Below are positions 50,477 through 64,000 of a stretch of DNA of 64,000 bases, piece after piece. The translations under genes and the position numbers were made by a program. Below the pieces are notes generated by a model. That model was not told the DNA's origin. It saw only the letters and a list, made by a program, of their open reading frames with translations, and made no database searches. The stretch lies in the NCBI RefSeq assembly GCF_006345805.1, contig NC_043003.1, forward strand, positions 25,668,001 to 25,732,000. Direction: 5' to 3'. Source of the DNA: Octopus sinensis (lineage: Eukaryota). The number at the start of each line of letters is the position of its first letter. The stretch's first letter is position 1.

Positions 50477-50693
50477 TACTCTTTACTCTTTACTCTTTTA
50501 CTGTTCCAATCATTTCACTGTGGCCATGCTGGAGTACCGCCTTAGTCGAGCAGATCGGCCCCAGGAATATAATTTGTAAGCCTAGTACTTATTCTATCGG
50601 TCTCTTTTGCCGAACCGCTAAGTTACGGGGACGTAAACACCCAGCATCGGTTGTCAGACGATGTTGGGGGTGGACAAACACAGACACACACCC

Positions 50694-50729
<36 letters not shown>

Positions 50730-51066
50730 GACAGGCTTCTTTCAGTTTCCGTCTATCAAATCAACTCACAAGGATTTAGTTGGCCCGAGGCTATAGTAGA
50801 AGACACTTTTCCCGGGGTGCCACGCAGTGGGACTGAACCCGGAACCATGTATACTCTTTACTCTTTTACTTGTTTCAGTTTTGACTGCGGCCATGCTGGA
50901 GCACCGCCTTTAGTCAAGCAACTCGACCCCGGGACTTATTCTTTTTGTAAGCCCAGTACTTATTCTATCGGTCTCTTTTTGCCGAACCGCTAAGTGACGG
51001 GGACGTAAACACACCAGCATCGGTTGTCAGACGATGTTGGGGGTGGACAAACACAGACACACACAC

Positions 51067-51104
<38 letters not shown>

Positions 51105-51620
51105 GACAGGCTTCTTTCAGTTTCCGTCTATCAAATCAACTCACAAGGATTTAGTTGGCCCGAGGCTATAGTAGAAGACACTTTCCGGGGTGCCACGCAG
51201 TGGACTGAACCCGGAACCATGTATACTCTTTACTCTTTTACTTGTTTCAGTCATTTGACTGCGGCCATGCTGGAGCACCGCCTTTAGTCAAGCAACTCGA
51301 CCCCGGGACTTATTCTTTTTGTAAGCCCAGTACTTATTCTATCGGTCTCTTTTTGCCGAACCGCTAAGTGACGGGGACGTAAACACACCAGCATCGTTGT
51401 CAAGCAATGCTAGGGGAACACACAAACAGACACACATACATATATATATATACATATATACGACAGGCTTCTTTCAGTTTCCGTCTACCAATCCACTCAC
51501 AAGGCATTGGTCGGCCCGGGGCTATAGCAGAAGACACTTTGCCCAAGATGCCACCAGTGGAACTGAACCCGGAACCATGTAGTTGGTTAGCAAGCTACTT
51601 ACCACACACCCACTCCTGCG
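50477..51620 (-). mobile_element. Tandem family C SINEs with a ~370-bp near-identical duplicated unit
   Basis: The junction GGAACCATGTATACTCT occurs at ~50842 and ~51212; the single head is at ~51620. Confidence 0.88.
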
Positions 51621-51799
51621 CTATATATATATATATCAAATATATTATTTAGAAAGAGAATGTTATCCTTTAAACAAAGGTGTTTCATAAAATAGTCTTC
51701 AAGATTACATGTTCAGACGTCTGGGCTGAGTTGTTTTTGCTCTTGCTTGCTTCTTTAGAAGATTATTAGTTTTCGGACTAATAAACTTTCGACGGCTTG

Positions 51800-52200
51800 T
51801 GAAAATGTTGTTGTTGTTGCTGTTGTTGTTGTTGATCATGACGACAACAATGACGATGATGATGACGATGATGATGATGAAGACGATGACGAGACCGTGA
51901 TGATGACGATAATGGTGATAATGATGGCGACGATGACAACACCATGATGATGACGATAATGATGATGATGACGACGACGACCGTGACGTCGACAACAACG
52001 ACGTCGACGACGATGATGATGATGATGATGATTACGCCAACTGCAGTGGAGGTGGTGACGTCGACAACGATTACGATGACGATGATAATGCTGATGGTTA
52101 CGCCAACGTCGGCGGTGATGGCAGTGGTGGTGGTGGTGTGGTGGTGGTGACGGCGACAACGATTACGACGACGACGATGATGACGATGATGACGTTGAAA
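51800..52200. repeat. Compound trinucleotide repeat (GAT/GAC/GGT/GTT)n
   Basis: Read directly; triplet phase shifts repeatedly. Confidence 0.9.
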
Positions 52201-54424
52201 GAATGTCACATTGTTGATCAATTTCTTTTGTTCCCAATAGAGACACAAGTAAAAAGGTTTCAATTCCACAGCATCAGAACCTGAGAATCGAATTTACGCA
52301 GAAAAATTACTAAACAAATTAAATAAACCGTAAAAGTAATTCAAATAACGAAAACAAATATTTTCTGCTGACAATGTGAATATGCGACGGAATTTGTGTT
52401 TGTGTGTGTGTCCTAAGAGGGAGAGGGAAAGAGAGAAAGAATGAGAAAGAGAGAGAATGAGAAAGAGAGAGAGGGAGTTCGTATGTCTCAAGATGGATCA
52501 AAATGGATCACTGGTATTGGTCGAAACCAGCAATTCCCAGGCTGAGTTTTGTTTCTTGACTGCGTTAAAATCTTTTGAAAAGGGTTAAATAGCGTGGCTT
52601 CTGCCTAATTCTGAACCATCTTGCTCAGGTCCCCAGTTTAGAACCACAGCCCAACTATATTGCCACCCATGAGATATCAAATGTGTTGCCACAAGAAGTC
52701 TTAACACCTACGTGAACATGGTTCGATCACTCAGATCGGCTGATGTGTAATCAAATAGCAGTGGACTTGAAAGTATATGTTGTGAAATTTACCGCCTAAT
52801 AGTTCTGCCGAAAGTTCTAGAAATTTGACTGAATGTTATAAAAAGTTGAGATACTGAACTACCGAACAGAACAGCCTCCGATGCTATATAGAACTCTGTT
52901 GATCAGTTTTATGATAAGGAGTTCTCACCTTTTCTACCTGATCTTTTTTGATAACCGTAAACAATTTTCATATAAATAACTTAAATATTTTGTGCTATAA
53001 AGACTTTTAACTACCACATCCACTTTCTTATATATGCTGTTCTATTCATATAATTGTTGTACATACGTAAGTGCAAAAGTTTCAGGTAATAAAAAATATC
53101 AGATATTAGTGTTGTCATTTTCAACTTCCCACGCAACCTCTCAAATAATTTTATGACAAGACTCATGGCAGGCTCAAAAGAGAAGCTGCTGATATGTCTA
53201 CAAGCGGCTGGTAATTGGTCAGTTGTAGTCAATCAAAAAATAGTCAAACTATCTTGTTAAATTTCGCACCAATTTGTATATAGTGTAGATTTTTACCAAT
53301 CGTGATATTTTAAAAAGCTTTTAACTGTGTTTGCGCCTAAACTTATTTCTAACCAATTGTAATACATTTAACAGATGTTAATGGGTGAACGAGGGTGAAG
53401 GGAATAGAAGTCTTATTTCATGTAGCAACATGTGCATGTGTATTTGAGAGACAATAAAAAAAAGTATGGAAGGACAGCGAAAACATAGTTTGCTACATTG
53501 CTACATGGATTACCGGTAAACTTATACGTTGCTTTAAAATTTATGCATGGATCTACCGAGAATGAACATATTTTTCCTAAGATCTGACAAGCAAGAAGTA
53601 ATCTTGATTTGCAGCAAGAAAAACTTAGGCTATGGATACAAACAGTACTGTTTTTCCTTCCAGGAAATACACACACTCATACAATTCGCTTCTTTTAGTT
53701 TCTGTCTATTAAGTCCACTCACAATGTTTTTGTTGGCCCTGGCTTATAGGAGAAGACGCTTGCCCAAGTGACTGAATCCGAAACCAAGTGATAGCAAAGC
53801 GAACTTCTTACTACACAGATATGCCCAAATTTAATATACAATACTTTCAATATTTTGTTTGGAAAATTTTTCTGAAAAACTTTAATCAAAAGAGGTCTTG
53901 GCGTGCTTTCTACTTGAATTAAGGGCATCGTTGGTGCTTTTACAATTGAGAGCATTGTAACTTCACGGTTAATTAATTTTGTTTAGTGTGGCCGCGCAAA
54001 TGTATATATATATATAGATATGTAAATTTATAGACGTTCAAATTTCATGCCCTAGTACAGTTTTGCACTTCACTGCTAGATATACATAAATTTTACGTCG
54101 ACCTAAAATAGCTAGAAAATATATGTCTAAAATATTTTAAATACTAGAGAGTTTTTGACATATGACAAGGAACTTTCGAAGGATAGGTTTGCCGCTATAT
54201 GTAATATCAGGAAATATGGCACACAGACAGTAACTTATATCGAATTTGTGCTTGTAAAAACTGATTAAATGAATACTAGTTTTTAAAAGAAAAACATTTA
54301 TTATCTTAAGATAAAATTAGATATAGCAAATTTCTCGTTTGTATAACACTTTAAATAACTATTCTTTTGTTACTCCTTATATGCTTTTGTCTCTATGATT
54401 CTTTTTCTTCCATTGTGTTTGTGT

Positions 54425-55503
54425 GTAGCGTTCCTTTACATATTTCTTTCTTTATTGCCCACAGAGAGGTAAACATAGAGGAGACAAACAAAGATAGACT
54501 AAGGGATTAAGTCAATTACATCGACTCCTGTGCGAAACTGGTACTTATCTAATCGACACCGAAAGGATGGAACGCAAAGTTGACCTCGGAGGAATTTGAA
54601 CTCAGAACGAAACGGCAGACGAAATACCGCTACGCAGTTCGCCCGGTGTGCTAACGATTCTTATTTCTTTATTGCCCTCAAGGGGCTAAACATAGAGGGG
54701 ACAGACAAGGACAGACGCCAGTGCGTAACTGATACTTATTTAATCGACCCCGAAAGGATGAAAGGCAAAGTCGACCTCGGCGGAATTTGAACTCAGAACG
54801 TAGCGGCAGACGAAATACCTATTTCTTTATTACCCACAAGGGGTTAAACATAGAGGGGACAAACAAGGACAGATAAACGGATTAAGTCGATTACATCGAC
54901 CCCAGTGCGTAAATGGTACTTAATTTTTCGACCCCGATAGGATGAAAGGCAAAGTCGACCTCGGCGGAATTTGAACTCAGAACGTAACGACAGACGAAAT
55001 GCCTATTTCTTTACTACCCACAAGGGGCTCGACAGACGAAATACCTATTTATTTATTACCTACAAGGAGTTAAACATAGAGGGGACAAACAAGGACAGAT
55101 AAACGGATTAAGTCGATTACATCGACCCCAGTGCGTAAATGGTACTTAATTTTTCGACCCCGAAAGGATGAAAGGCAAAGTCGACCTCGGCGGAATTTGA
55201 ACACACAACGTAACGACAGACGAAATGCCTATTTCTTTACTACCCACAAGGGGCTCGACAGACGAAATACCTATTTCTTTATTACCCACAAGGGGCTAAA
55301 CATAGAGGGGACAAACAAGGACAGACATAGGTATTAAGTCGATTACATCGGCCCCAGTGCGTAACTGGTACTTAATTTATCGACCCCGAAAGGATGAAAG
55401 GCAAAGTCGACCTCAGCGGAATTTGAACTCACAACGTTTCGACAGACGAAATATCGCTAAGCATTTCGCCCGGCGTGGTAACGATTCTGCCAGCTTGCCG
55501 CCC
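54425..55503 (-). mobile_element. SINE family M concatemer with five body units
   Basis: GT(C/T)GACCTC at ~54579, 54770, 54954, 55180 and 55406; complete head at ~55460-55503. Confidence 0.9.
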
Positions 55504-55887
55504 TACGTTTCTTTATATATTGGCTGCCACCATCCTGCATATCCTGGATTAACTTTCTTTATATCACCCCTTTACTTTCCGCCTCTCTCTCTCTCCATAT
55601 ATATATATATGTTGTAAAGCGCGATTAGAGAAAGTTATCAGGTAATCAGCCTACATTTATATTGACTATAATTAGTGATTACACTTATGTACTTATAATA
55701 ATTAAATACCTATCAAATTTCTTAAGAAACAACATACATAACAACAAACAAAAAAAATTATGTCGCAAAAATTGAAAAGCCATGTTTTCAGGCTTCCACC
55801 GAAAAGAAGAGTTAATGAAACATATTTTAAACAAATAATAAATTTAATATCAGAAATGATAAACAGGTTTTAATATCAACTAATCTA

Positions 55888-56285
55888 AGGCGGCGAGCTG
55901 GCAGAAATGTTAGCACGCCGGGCGAAATGCATAGCAATTTTTCGTCCGTCTTTATGTTCTGAGTTCAAATTCCGCTGAGGTCGACTTTGCCTTTCATCCT
56001 TTCGAGGTCGATAAATTAAGTACCAGTTACGCACTGGGCTCGATATAACCGACTTAATCCGTTTGTCTGTCCTTGTTTGTCCTCTCTGTGTTTAGCCCCT
56101 TCTGGGTAGTAAAGAAATAGGTATTTCGTCTGTCTTTACGTCCTGAGTTCAAATTCCACCCAGGTCGACTTTGCCTTTTAGCCTTTCGGAGTCAATAAAT
56201 TAAGTACCAGTTGCGTACTGGAGTCGATCTAATCGACAGGCTCCCTCCTCAAAAATTGCGGGCCTTGTGCTTAGAGTAGAAAAGA
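55888..56285 (+). mobile_element. SINE family M with two body units
   Basis: AAGGCGGCGAGCTGGCAGAAATG head followed by two GTCGACTTTGCC units. Confidence 0.88.
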
Positions 56286-56419
56286 ATATCACAACTAATC
56301 TCTGAACCCGACATCAGAACACTGACATCACAAAATCCGTTAATTTACAATGATTCACTCATTATTACAACTTATTGTCCACCCAGAATATTCTGAAGCA
56401 CCACCAGGTTCCAAAGTTC

Positions 56420-57607
56420 GGATCTTTTCTTTTTGAAAGCCAGATTTTTCAGATTTTTCTAGTTAACTAAATAATTTGAAACTTCGTATACTGATAGAAT
56501 GTGTCAAAAGAAAACAATAATTTCAACTAGTTTTTTTGACAAAAATGTATTTTATAAGTTTAAACGTAGTTTAAATCTGCGAATTTTAACCAATCGTATT
56601 CTCTGTATTGAGTTGAAATTATTTTCTCCGTCTAAACATATTGTTACTGTGACGTAAACAGCACACACGTACTGTTTACTTTGGATGAATAATAAACACA
56701 TATTCAGTGTTTTTGTATAGGCTTCGGGTGTTTTCTCTATACAATGTATATATTTACTATAAACTTGTGCACACGCTTTGATTCTTCAGTTTGACACACG
56801 CCTTGAACCGGTTATTTGGCTTGTATGCACCTACATACACACACGTACCCATCCATACGCATACTCGCACATAATCAGGGCCCCTCTGCGTTTTCGCTCG
56901 TCGATGTGCTAGGAATAACACCCAAATCCCCTTAAAACCATATACTACTGGGTTAAAGGAAGGGTGCATTGGCTAATATAATCATAGATGCTATATCTGA
57001 AAAAAAAGGGGGGGGGCGCAAAAATACGGGTTGGTCATAGTTGGAACCCTTTGATCCTCAACCAGGTTTATCAGGATGACCTGAGTTAAATAGCAATAAC
57101 AATATATTTGTAATATTGATTATAGACACAAAGCATATATCTTGGGGTGAGTGGAGGGTATAATCATTTATATCGATCTCCAATACTTGATCGATGTATT
57201 TTCTCGACCGTGGAAGAACAGACGGCTTGTTTTGAATTCCGGTGAGGGTTGAAACCCGAACGTATAGGACCGTATCCCTAAAAAGCATATATTTTGGGGT
57301 TTCTGTCTGTTTAGGACTTTGTTATATGGGACGGTGATGTTTACATTTTAGCTATGTTAACTACGTCACAAAATAGCTGTTTACGTCACAGTAACAATAT
57401 TTTGAGAAGCAGTAAATAATATGAGGCCGAAAGAAAGAATATCATTGGTTAAAATTCCAATTTTTAAACAACGTTAAACTTAGAAATTACAATTCCGTTT
57501 TCATTTTGGTTTACAATTATGTTTTCTTCTGACACATTCTACCAGTATACGAAGTTTCAAATTGTTTAGTTAACTAGGAAATTCTGGTTTTCAAAAGGAA
57601 AAGATCC
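56420..57607. mobile_element. Non-autonomous DNA transposon with long GGATC-ended TIRs and 8-bp TSD
   Basis: Imperfect ~100-bp TIRs. Exact TSD CAAAGTTC at 56412-56419 and 57608-57615. Inner inverted pair ATATTGTTACTGTGACGTAAACAGC at ~56638 and ~57377. Confidence 0.88.
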
Positions 57608-57737
57608 CAAAGTTCTGTACGACAACAATATTAATTATCTACCACTACGGCGAAATATGGTATTTTCCTTTCTCGTAATAACTTCTGGGGCGATTTCGTT
57701 TTGCCTCGCTCTGATGTTTATTGTTTTACTCTCTCTC

Positions 57738-57788
<51 letters not shown>

Positions 57789-57977
57789 AGGGGGGGGGGG
57801 ATAAATATTCGTATATGTCAAAATTCTTTATTTATTTAATTTCTAATGTACATAATTGGGATATACCAAAGCTATATTTGCATACACATGCATAAACTAA
57901 GAATATGCAAAAGAAACTAATAAATTATAGTAACTAATTAATTTATATACAATTATAAATATTTAGGGTGAAAAAAG

Positions 57978-58395
<418 letters not shown>

Positions 58396-58599
58396 GTGGA
58401 AAGGAAGTTCTGTCGTATTTTTGTCATGATCACTTTGTGGATACGTCTTTGATACTTACAGTAAAAATAAGCATTAATGTTTACCTTTTTAACATATTTT
58501 CTTTCTTTGCGGGTTACTTTGTATCATATTGTTAAATACGTATCAATTTTATCCTTAAAAGAACAAAAGAGTTTAGATCAGACCCATATCAGATGCTCC

Positions 58600-59265
58600 A
58601 TACTATAGGATTTCAAAAGGGGCTTTTCAGCGATAGAAACAGTAAGATATATTCGTTCTGTCTATTGAAATAAGGCTTTAAGTGTCTGTATGCCAGCGAT
58701 GGCTTGGTTCGTTTCGTCCAGGAAAATTTTCACTCGCTGATTCCGCTCGATCTAAACGACCAAGTTTTGTGGATACTGAGCTCCTGAAAACTGTAAACCC
58801 AAAGCAAACTGTCTGAGATTTAGTGAAAGAGTACAATTCAAGTCACTCTTCTTTGATAAAACACCTTCATGAACTAAGAAAAATGTCTAAACTTGGTCAG
58901 TTGGTCCGTCATCATCTGACTGCTTCTCAACTTTTCCCTCTGCTTATCATTGAAGAGGCGACTTGCTATCAAACCTTTCCTGACCAGAGTCATCGAAAGT
59001 GATGAAAAGTGGGTTGCCTATAATTATATCCGACGAAAACGATAATGATTAGCACCCAACGAAAAAGGAGAATCTATCTCCAACCCAGGACTTATACCTG
59101 AAAAACGTTGTGCCCCGTGTTTGATGGAATAAAACGAAACAGTGAACAAGGAAAAACATTGCCGTCAATTGGAAGCACTGCGCAAAATTTTACAGTAAAA
59201 ACGTCCAGTATTGGTCAATAGTAAAGGAGTTTTCTTCTTACACGATAATGCAAGACCACGTATTA
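58600..59265 (+). pseudogene. Decayed mariner (Mos1-like) transposase
   Basis: LGQLVRHHL (WVPH-like), SDEKWVAYNY.RRK and FLHDNARP motifs in order. Confidence 0.75.
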
Positions 59266-59959
59266 CTTAAATAAGTCAGGCAGATATTATGGCAGTAAAG
59301 TCTCTCTCTCTCTCTCTCTCTCTCTCCTTTGCTCCTTCCATCTCTCTAGCAATCAGTAAATCTATCTATCTTTCTATCACTTTTACATCCGATGAATGGG
59401 CATTGTCTGAAACCTTAGACTTCTCTTTCTCGTCGCTTTCTTTGTAATGCTCGTGGTATCTAAATATGATAATGATAACTTAGCTGCTGTTTTACATACA
59501 GACGAAGCGTCCCTGAGTAATTATTCCCAGTACTGTATTCTCAAAAATATGCAAATTTTCAAGCCATGCCTACCGTTTACAATATTGTACATCTGAATGT
59601 TTCTCCCATCAGTAATGACATATCTTTACTAATAAGGTTTAACCAAACCAAAACATGCATGTAGTTGTATCCCTTACTTGCCGAAATAAATTAAAATAAT
59701 ATTGATGTCTGAAATAGACATAACGCTACACATTTTGGAAGATTATAAAAGATTATATCAATCCCGTCACTTTACTAGTACTTTCTTATATCTTTCTTAG
59801 CAAGGATGAAGACGAAGTTGAGACCTCGGTAAAATTTAAGCTCAATATGTTATGGGACGTAACTAAATACCATAAGGCATTCTGACATTCTAAATTCATC
59901 AACTTCCATCAATCGGAATTGGGTGTGGATCTTTGTGGGATCTTCGTGGTTTTACGCTT

Positions 59960-60162
59960 TTACTTTTTTACTTGTTTCAGTTATTTGACTGTGGCCATGA
60001 TGGAGCACCGCCTTTAGTCGAGCAAATCGACCCTAGGACTTATTCTTTGTAAACCTACTACTTATTCTATCGGTCTCTTTTGCCGAACCGCTAAGTTACG
60101 GGGACGAAAACACACCAGCATCGGTTGTCAAGCGATGTTGGGAGACAAACACAGGCACACAA

Positions 60163-60261
<99 letters not shown>

Positions 60262-60368
60262 CGACGGGCTTCTTTCAGTTTCCGTCTACCAAATTCACTC
60301 ACAAGGCTTTGGTCGGCCCGCGGCTATAGTAGAAGACACTTGCCCAAGGTGCCACGTAGTGGGACTGA
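59960..60368 (-). mobile_element. SINE family C lacking its head, with internal (CA)n
   Basis: Same body and tail as 7760-8172. Confidence 0.85.
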
Positions 60369-60815
60369 TATATATATAATTCATTTTTCCTATAAATCTA
60401 TAATTAAAAAGTTATTAGCCTTTTAAATTTGCAAAATTTGGTTATTTTAGCCAATCAAAAGCGCATATTTACGACGTCACTGTGGCGAAAAAGTTTGTTT
60501 CTATAGTAACCACAGCAAAGAAGCACCACGTGTTCCATAGCTGATTGTGAAGAACTCTGTTTCCATAGACACCAAAGATGCTGCGCATGCGCCCAAGGAG
60601 TGTAACCGCCACTTGTTCTTTAACAGATGGAACTCACACTCAACAATTTTAGTTTAATGTTTTGACATCCCGATGCCCCCCACCCCGCATCCTGATAATA
60701 GAAAAGGCAGCAAACGTGCTGTTATTTGATTGGCTGAACATTCTGAACATTATCAAAATGTGAACACCTGTAACATTTTTTCAAAATTTTTCTGGAATAA
60801 ATGAATAACAAATTC

Positions 60816-61251
60816 GGGAACTTTTCGGTTTGAACGGCAGTTTTTTCTAGCGGTGTCATATGAAATTGTCACCCATAATTATGACCCTAGTATCGATCTA
60901 TTGCATTTCAATCTATTTTAGGGTTAGGGTTAGTTAGGGTTAGGGGTGGGGGCAAGGTTATCTTTCTTTTTCTTTCACAAATGTAAATAAGCCCAATCTG
61001 TTTCTTAAACGAGGGACATACTCATACGGCACAGAATATTTTTTTCTACCTCAATGGACGTCATTGATTGGTTGAAATTGTAGAAATTGAAGAAAAAAAA
61101 TAACAAATATCTTACAAACTATAGAATTTTCTCAATAAAGCCAAGAGAAAAATATGTTTTATAAATACATTCTACCAGTATACGAAGTTTAAAAGTATTT
61201 AGTTACGTGGAAATTATTTTTAAAAAACTGCCGGTCAAACCGAAAAGATCC
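60816..61251. mobile_element. MITE with GG(A)TC-type TIRs and internal TTAGGG repeats
   Basis: GGAACTTTTCGGTTTGAACGGCAGTTTTTT ... AAAAAACTGCCGGTCAAACCGAAAAGATCC; 18-bp flanking duplication. Confidence 0.85.
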
Positions 61252-61336
61252 TAAATGAATAACAAATTCAGATTCAGTGACAAAAATTACAGCTATATGC
61301 TACATTAAAAAAATTTTTTTAAAGACAATTGTAAAC

Positions 61337-61496
61337 AGGAGTGGCTGTGTGGTAAGTAGCTTATTTACCAACCACATGGTTCTGGGTTCAGTCCCACTGC
61401 GTGGCACCTTGGGCAAGCGTCTTCTACTATAGCTTCGGGCCGACCAAAGCCTTGTGAGTGGGTTTGGTAGACGGAAACTGAAAGAAGCCCGTCGTA

Positions 61497-61542
<46 letters not shown>

Positions 61543-61755
61543 TGTGTGTGTTTGTGTGTGTGTGTTTGTCCCCTAGCATTGCTTGACAACAGATGCTGGT
61601 GTGTTTACGTCCTCGTCACTTAGCGGTTCGGCAAAAGAGACCCATAGAATAAGTACTGGGCTTACAAAGAATAAGTCCCGGGGTCGATTTGCTCGACTAA
61701 AGGCGGTGCTCCAGCATGGCCGCAGTCAAATGACTGAAACAAGTAATGAGTAAGA
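61337..61755 (+). mobile_element. SINE family C
   Basis: CAGGAGTGGCTGTGTGG head, CACCTTGGGCAAG, tail. Confidence 0.88.
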
Positions 61756-61807
61756 GTGACGAAAGCCACAAAGATCCTTGGGTTTGATCAGGTTGCTTGT
61801 ATCTTAA

Positions 61808-62726
61808 CGCTTTTTTTCTTTAGAAATGTAAATAAACCCAATCTGTTTCTTAAACGAGGGACATATTCATACGGCACAAAATGTTTTCACCTCAATAGAC
61901 GTCATTAATTGGTTGAAATTGCAGAAATTGAAGAAAAAAATCAACAAATATCTTACAAAGTTGAGTAGGTTGAAACAAAGTGAAGCGGATTGGGATTTTT
62001 TCGGTTTGAACGGCAGTTTTTTCTAGCGGTGTCATATGAAATTGTCACCCATAATTATGACCCTAGTATCGATCTATTGCATTTCAATCTGTTTTAGGGT
62101 TAGGGTTAGGGTTATGGGTGGGGGAAGGGTAGCTTTTTTTCTTTAGAAATGTAAATAAACCCAATCTGTTTCTTAAACGAGGGACATATTCATACGGCAC
62201 AAAATGTTTTCACCTCAATAGACGTCATTAATTGGTTGAAATTGCAGAAATTGAAGAAAAAAATCAACAAATATCTTACAAAGTTGAGTAGGCTGAAACA
62301 AAGTGAAGCGGATTGGGATTTTTTCGGTTTGAACGGCAGTTTTTTCTAGCGGTGTCATATGAAATTGTCACCCATAATTATGACCCTAGTATCGATCTAT
62401 TGCATTTCAATCTCTTTTAGGGTTATGGGTGGGGGAAGGGTAGCTTTTTTTCTTTAGAAATGTAAATAAACGCAATCTGTTTCTTAAACGAGGGACATAT
62501 TCATACGGCACAAAATGTTTTCACCTCAATAGACGTCATTAATTGGTTAAAATTGCAGAAATTGAAGAAAAAAAATCAACAAATATCTTACAAACTATAG
62601 AATCTTCTCAATAAAGCCAAGAGAAAAAGATGTTTTATAAACACATTCTACCAGTATACGAAGTTTAAAAGTGTTTAGTTACGTGGAAATTATTTTTAAA
62701 AACTGCCATTCAAACCGAAAAGATCC
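61808..62726. mobile_element. Second copy of the TTAGGG MITE with a 323-bp tandem amplification
   Basis: Flank GTTGAGTAGG(T/C)TGAAACAAAGTGAAGCGGATTG at 61960 and 62283; right TIR ends at 62726. Confidence 0.85.
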
Positions 62727-62994
62727 GCGGATCGTTTTCTCCAAGGACACCACGCGTCGCTCTATCCAGGAAATCGGACCACAAAGTTTCAGACGTGAGT
62801 CGTCCAACATCACGCACCAAATCACACACCATCTAAATCATGACACCGAATATTAGCCATTAATTTCATCGCCACATAATTATTACCAATTAAGTTTTTA
62901 GTGCTCACTACATTAATTATGTTGATACTAACAATGAACACTTTGTCGGCACTATCTCGATTTCCTTGGATTTTATTGTTTCACTAGCTTTTGA

Positions 62995-63650
62995 TCAGTT
63001 ACCTCCTCTCCCCCTCTCTCTTTCCCTCCCATACCTTCTCTCCCTCTCTTATCCTCTCTCTCTACTGACCTTGCTTTCCTTCCTTCTCCCTCTCTCTTAC
63101 TCTCTCTCTATCCACTGAGCTTCCCTCTTCCTCCCTCTCACTTACCCTCCCTCTACAATGTTCCAGTCTCCCTCTCTGTTACCCTTTCTCTATTAGGATT
63201 CCCTCCCCCTTCTTTTACTCTCTCTTAAACTTCATTTCCTTCTCCCCGTCTCTCTCTCTCTCTAACTAACTAAACTTATTTTTCCCTCTCTCTACTAAAC
63301 TGTTCCCCTCTCTGTCTCTCTCTTACCCTCTCTCTCTCTACAAAGCTGTTTTCTCCTACAAATTTTACTTTCCTTCCTTCTCTCCTCCCTTTCTCTTCCT
63401 TAAAGCAGTATCCTTTATCAACCGTCTCCCTTTCTCTCTACTAAGTTTCCTTCTCCCTCTCTCTTACCGTTTCTCTACTAAGTTTCCGCCTTCTCTCTTT
63501 TACCCCCCTCTTTATTAGACATTTAAATTTCAATCTCCCTCTCTTTTCCCCTCTCTCCTACCCTGTCTCGACTAAACTTTTTTCTCCCTCTCTCTTTTAT
63601 ACCCCTCTCTGTACAAAGTTCTCCTTCCTTCTCTCTTCCTCCCCTTCCCA
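62995..63650. repeat. Long pyrimidine-rich (CT-type) low-complexity tract
   Basis: Read directly. Confidence 0.9.
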
Positions 63651-64000
63651 ATGCAAACATTACCGATACACTCGAAACTGCTGACTTGATGTCAAGAGAA
63701 CACAAAACATGATAACGTCGTCATATTTTACGGACACGTCAGACATTTTACAGAGAGAGAGAGAGGACATAGAGTGTTTGTGTGTTTGGGTGCGTATGTG
63801 TTTGCGTGTGTGTGCTTGTTTGTGTGTATGTGTGTGTATGTGTGTGTGTGTGTGTGTGAGAAAGAGAGAGAGAGATGACAGGATAAATAGATTAAAAATA
63901 CATACGCACGCATTTATCTACACATACACAGCACACAAATATACTTGTACATACACATACACAAGCACACACAAGACACATATATGCAGACATACCCATA

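Noticed and set aside
51705-52269. His-rich or Asp-rich ORFs suggesting a biomineralisation or beak protein
   Set aside because: Triplet phase shifts repeatedly and there are no flanking unique coding or splice signals; a compound microsatellite.

Overview
Gene-poor, repeat-saturated eukaryotic DNA. The SINE set resembles tRNA-derived octopus families as I recall them, so the source is probably an octopod genome (inference, not searched). I find no convincing host protein-coding gene; most supplied ORFs are translated microsatellites or SINEs. Contents: several tRNA-headed SINE families, including young copies with 10-16 bp target-site duplications (TSDs); decayed transposases (two hAT, two mariner, one MULE, one Helitron-type PIF1 helicase); LINE remnants (RTE, CR1-like, R4/NeSL-like); Penelope-type fragments with minimal-hammerhead-like motifs; and GGATC-ended TIR elements. 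Best leads: (1) an extremely AT-rich island at ~37.6-39.7 kb with weak collinear resemblance to mitochondrial LSU rRNA and rRNA-like stems; (2) variant minimal hammerheads at 10.4, 40.5 and 41.9 kb; (3) a ~488-bp tandem array folding back on itself at 31-33 kb; (4) a TTAGGG-bearing TIR element with 8-bp versus 18-bp flanking duplications; (5) SINE head/tail swapping. All family assignments are by eye, without database searches.
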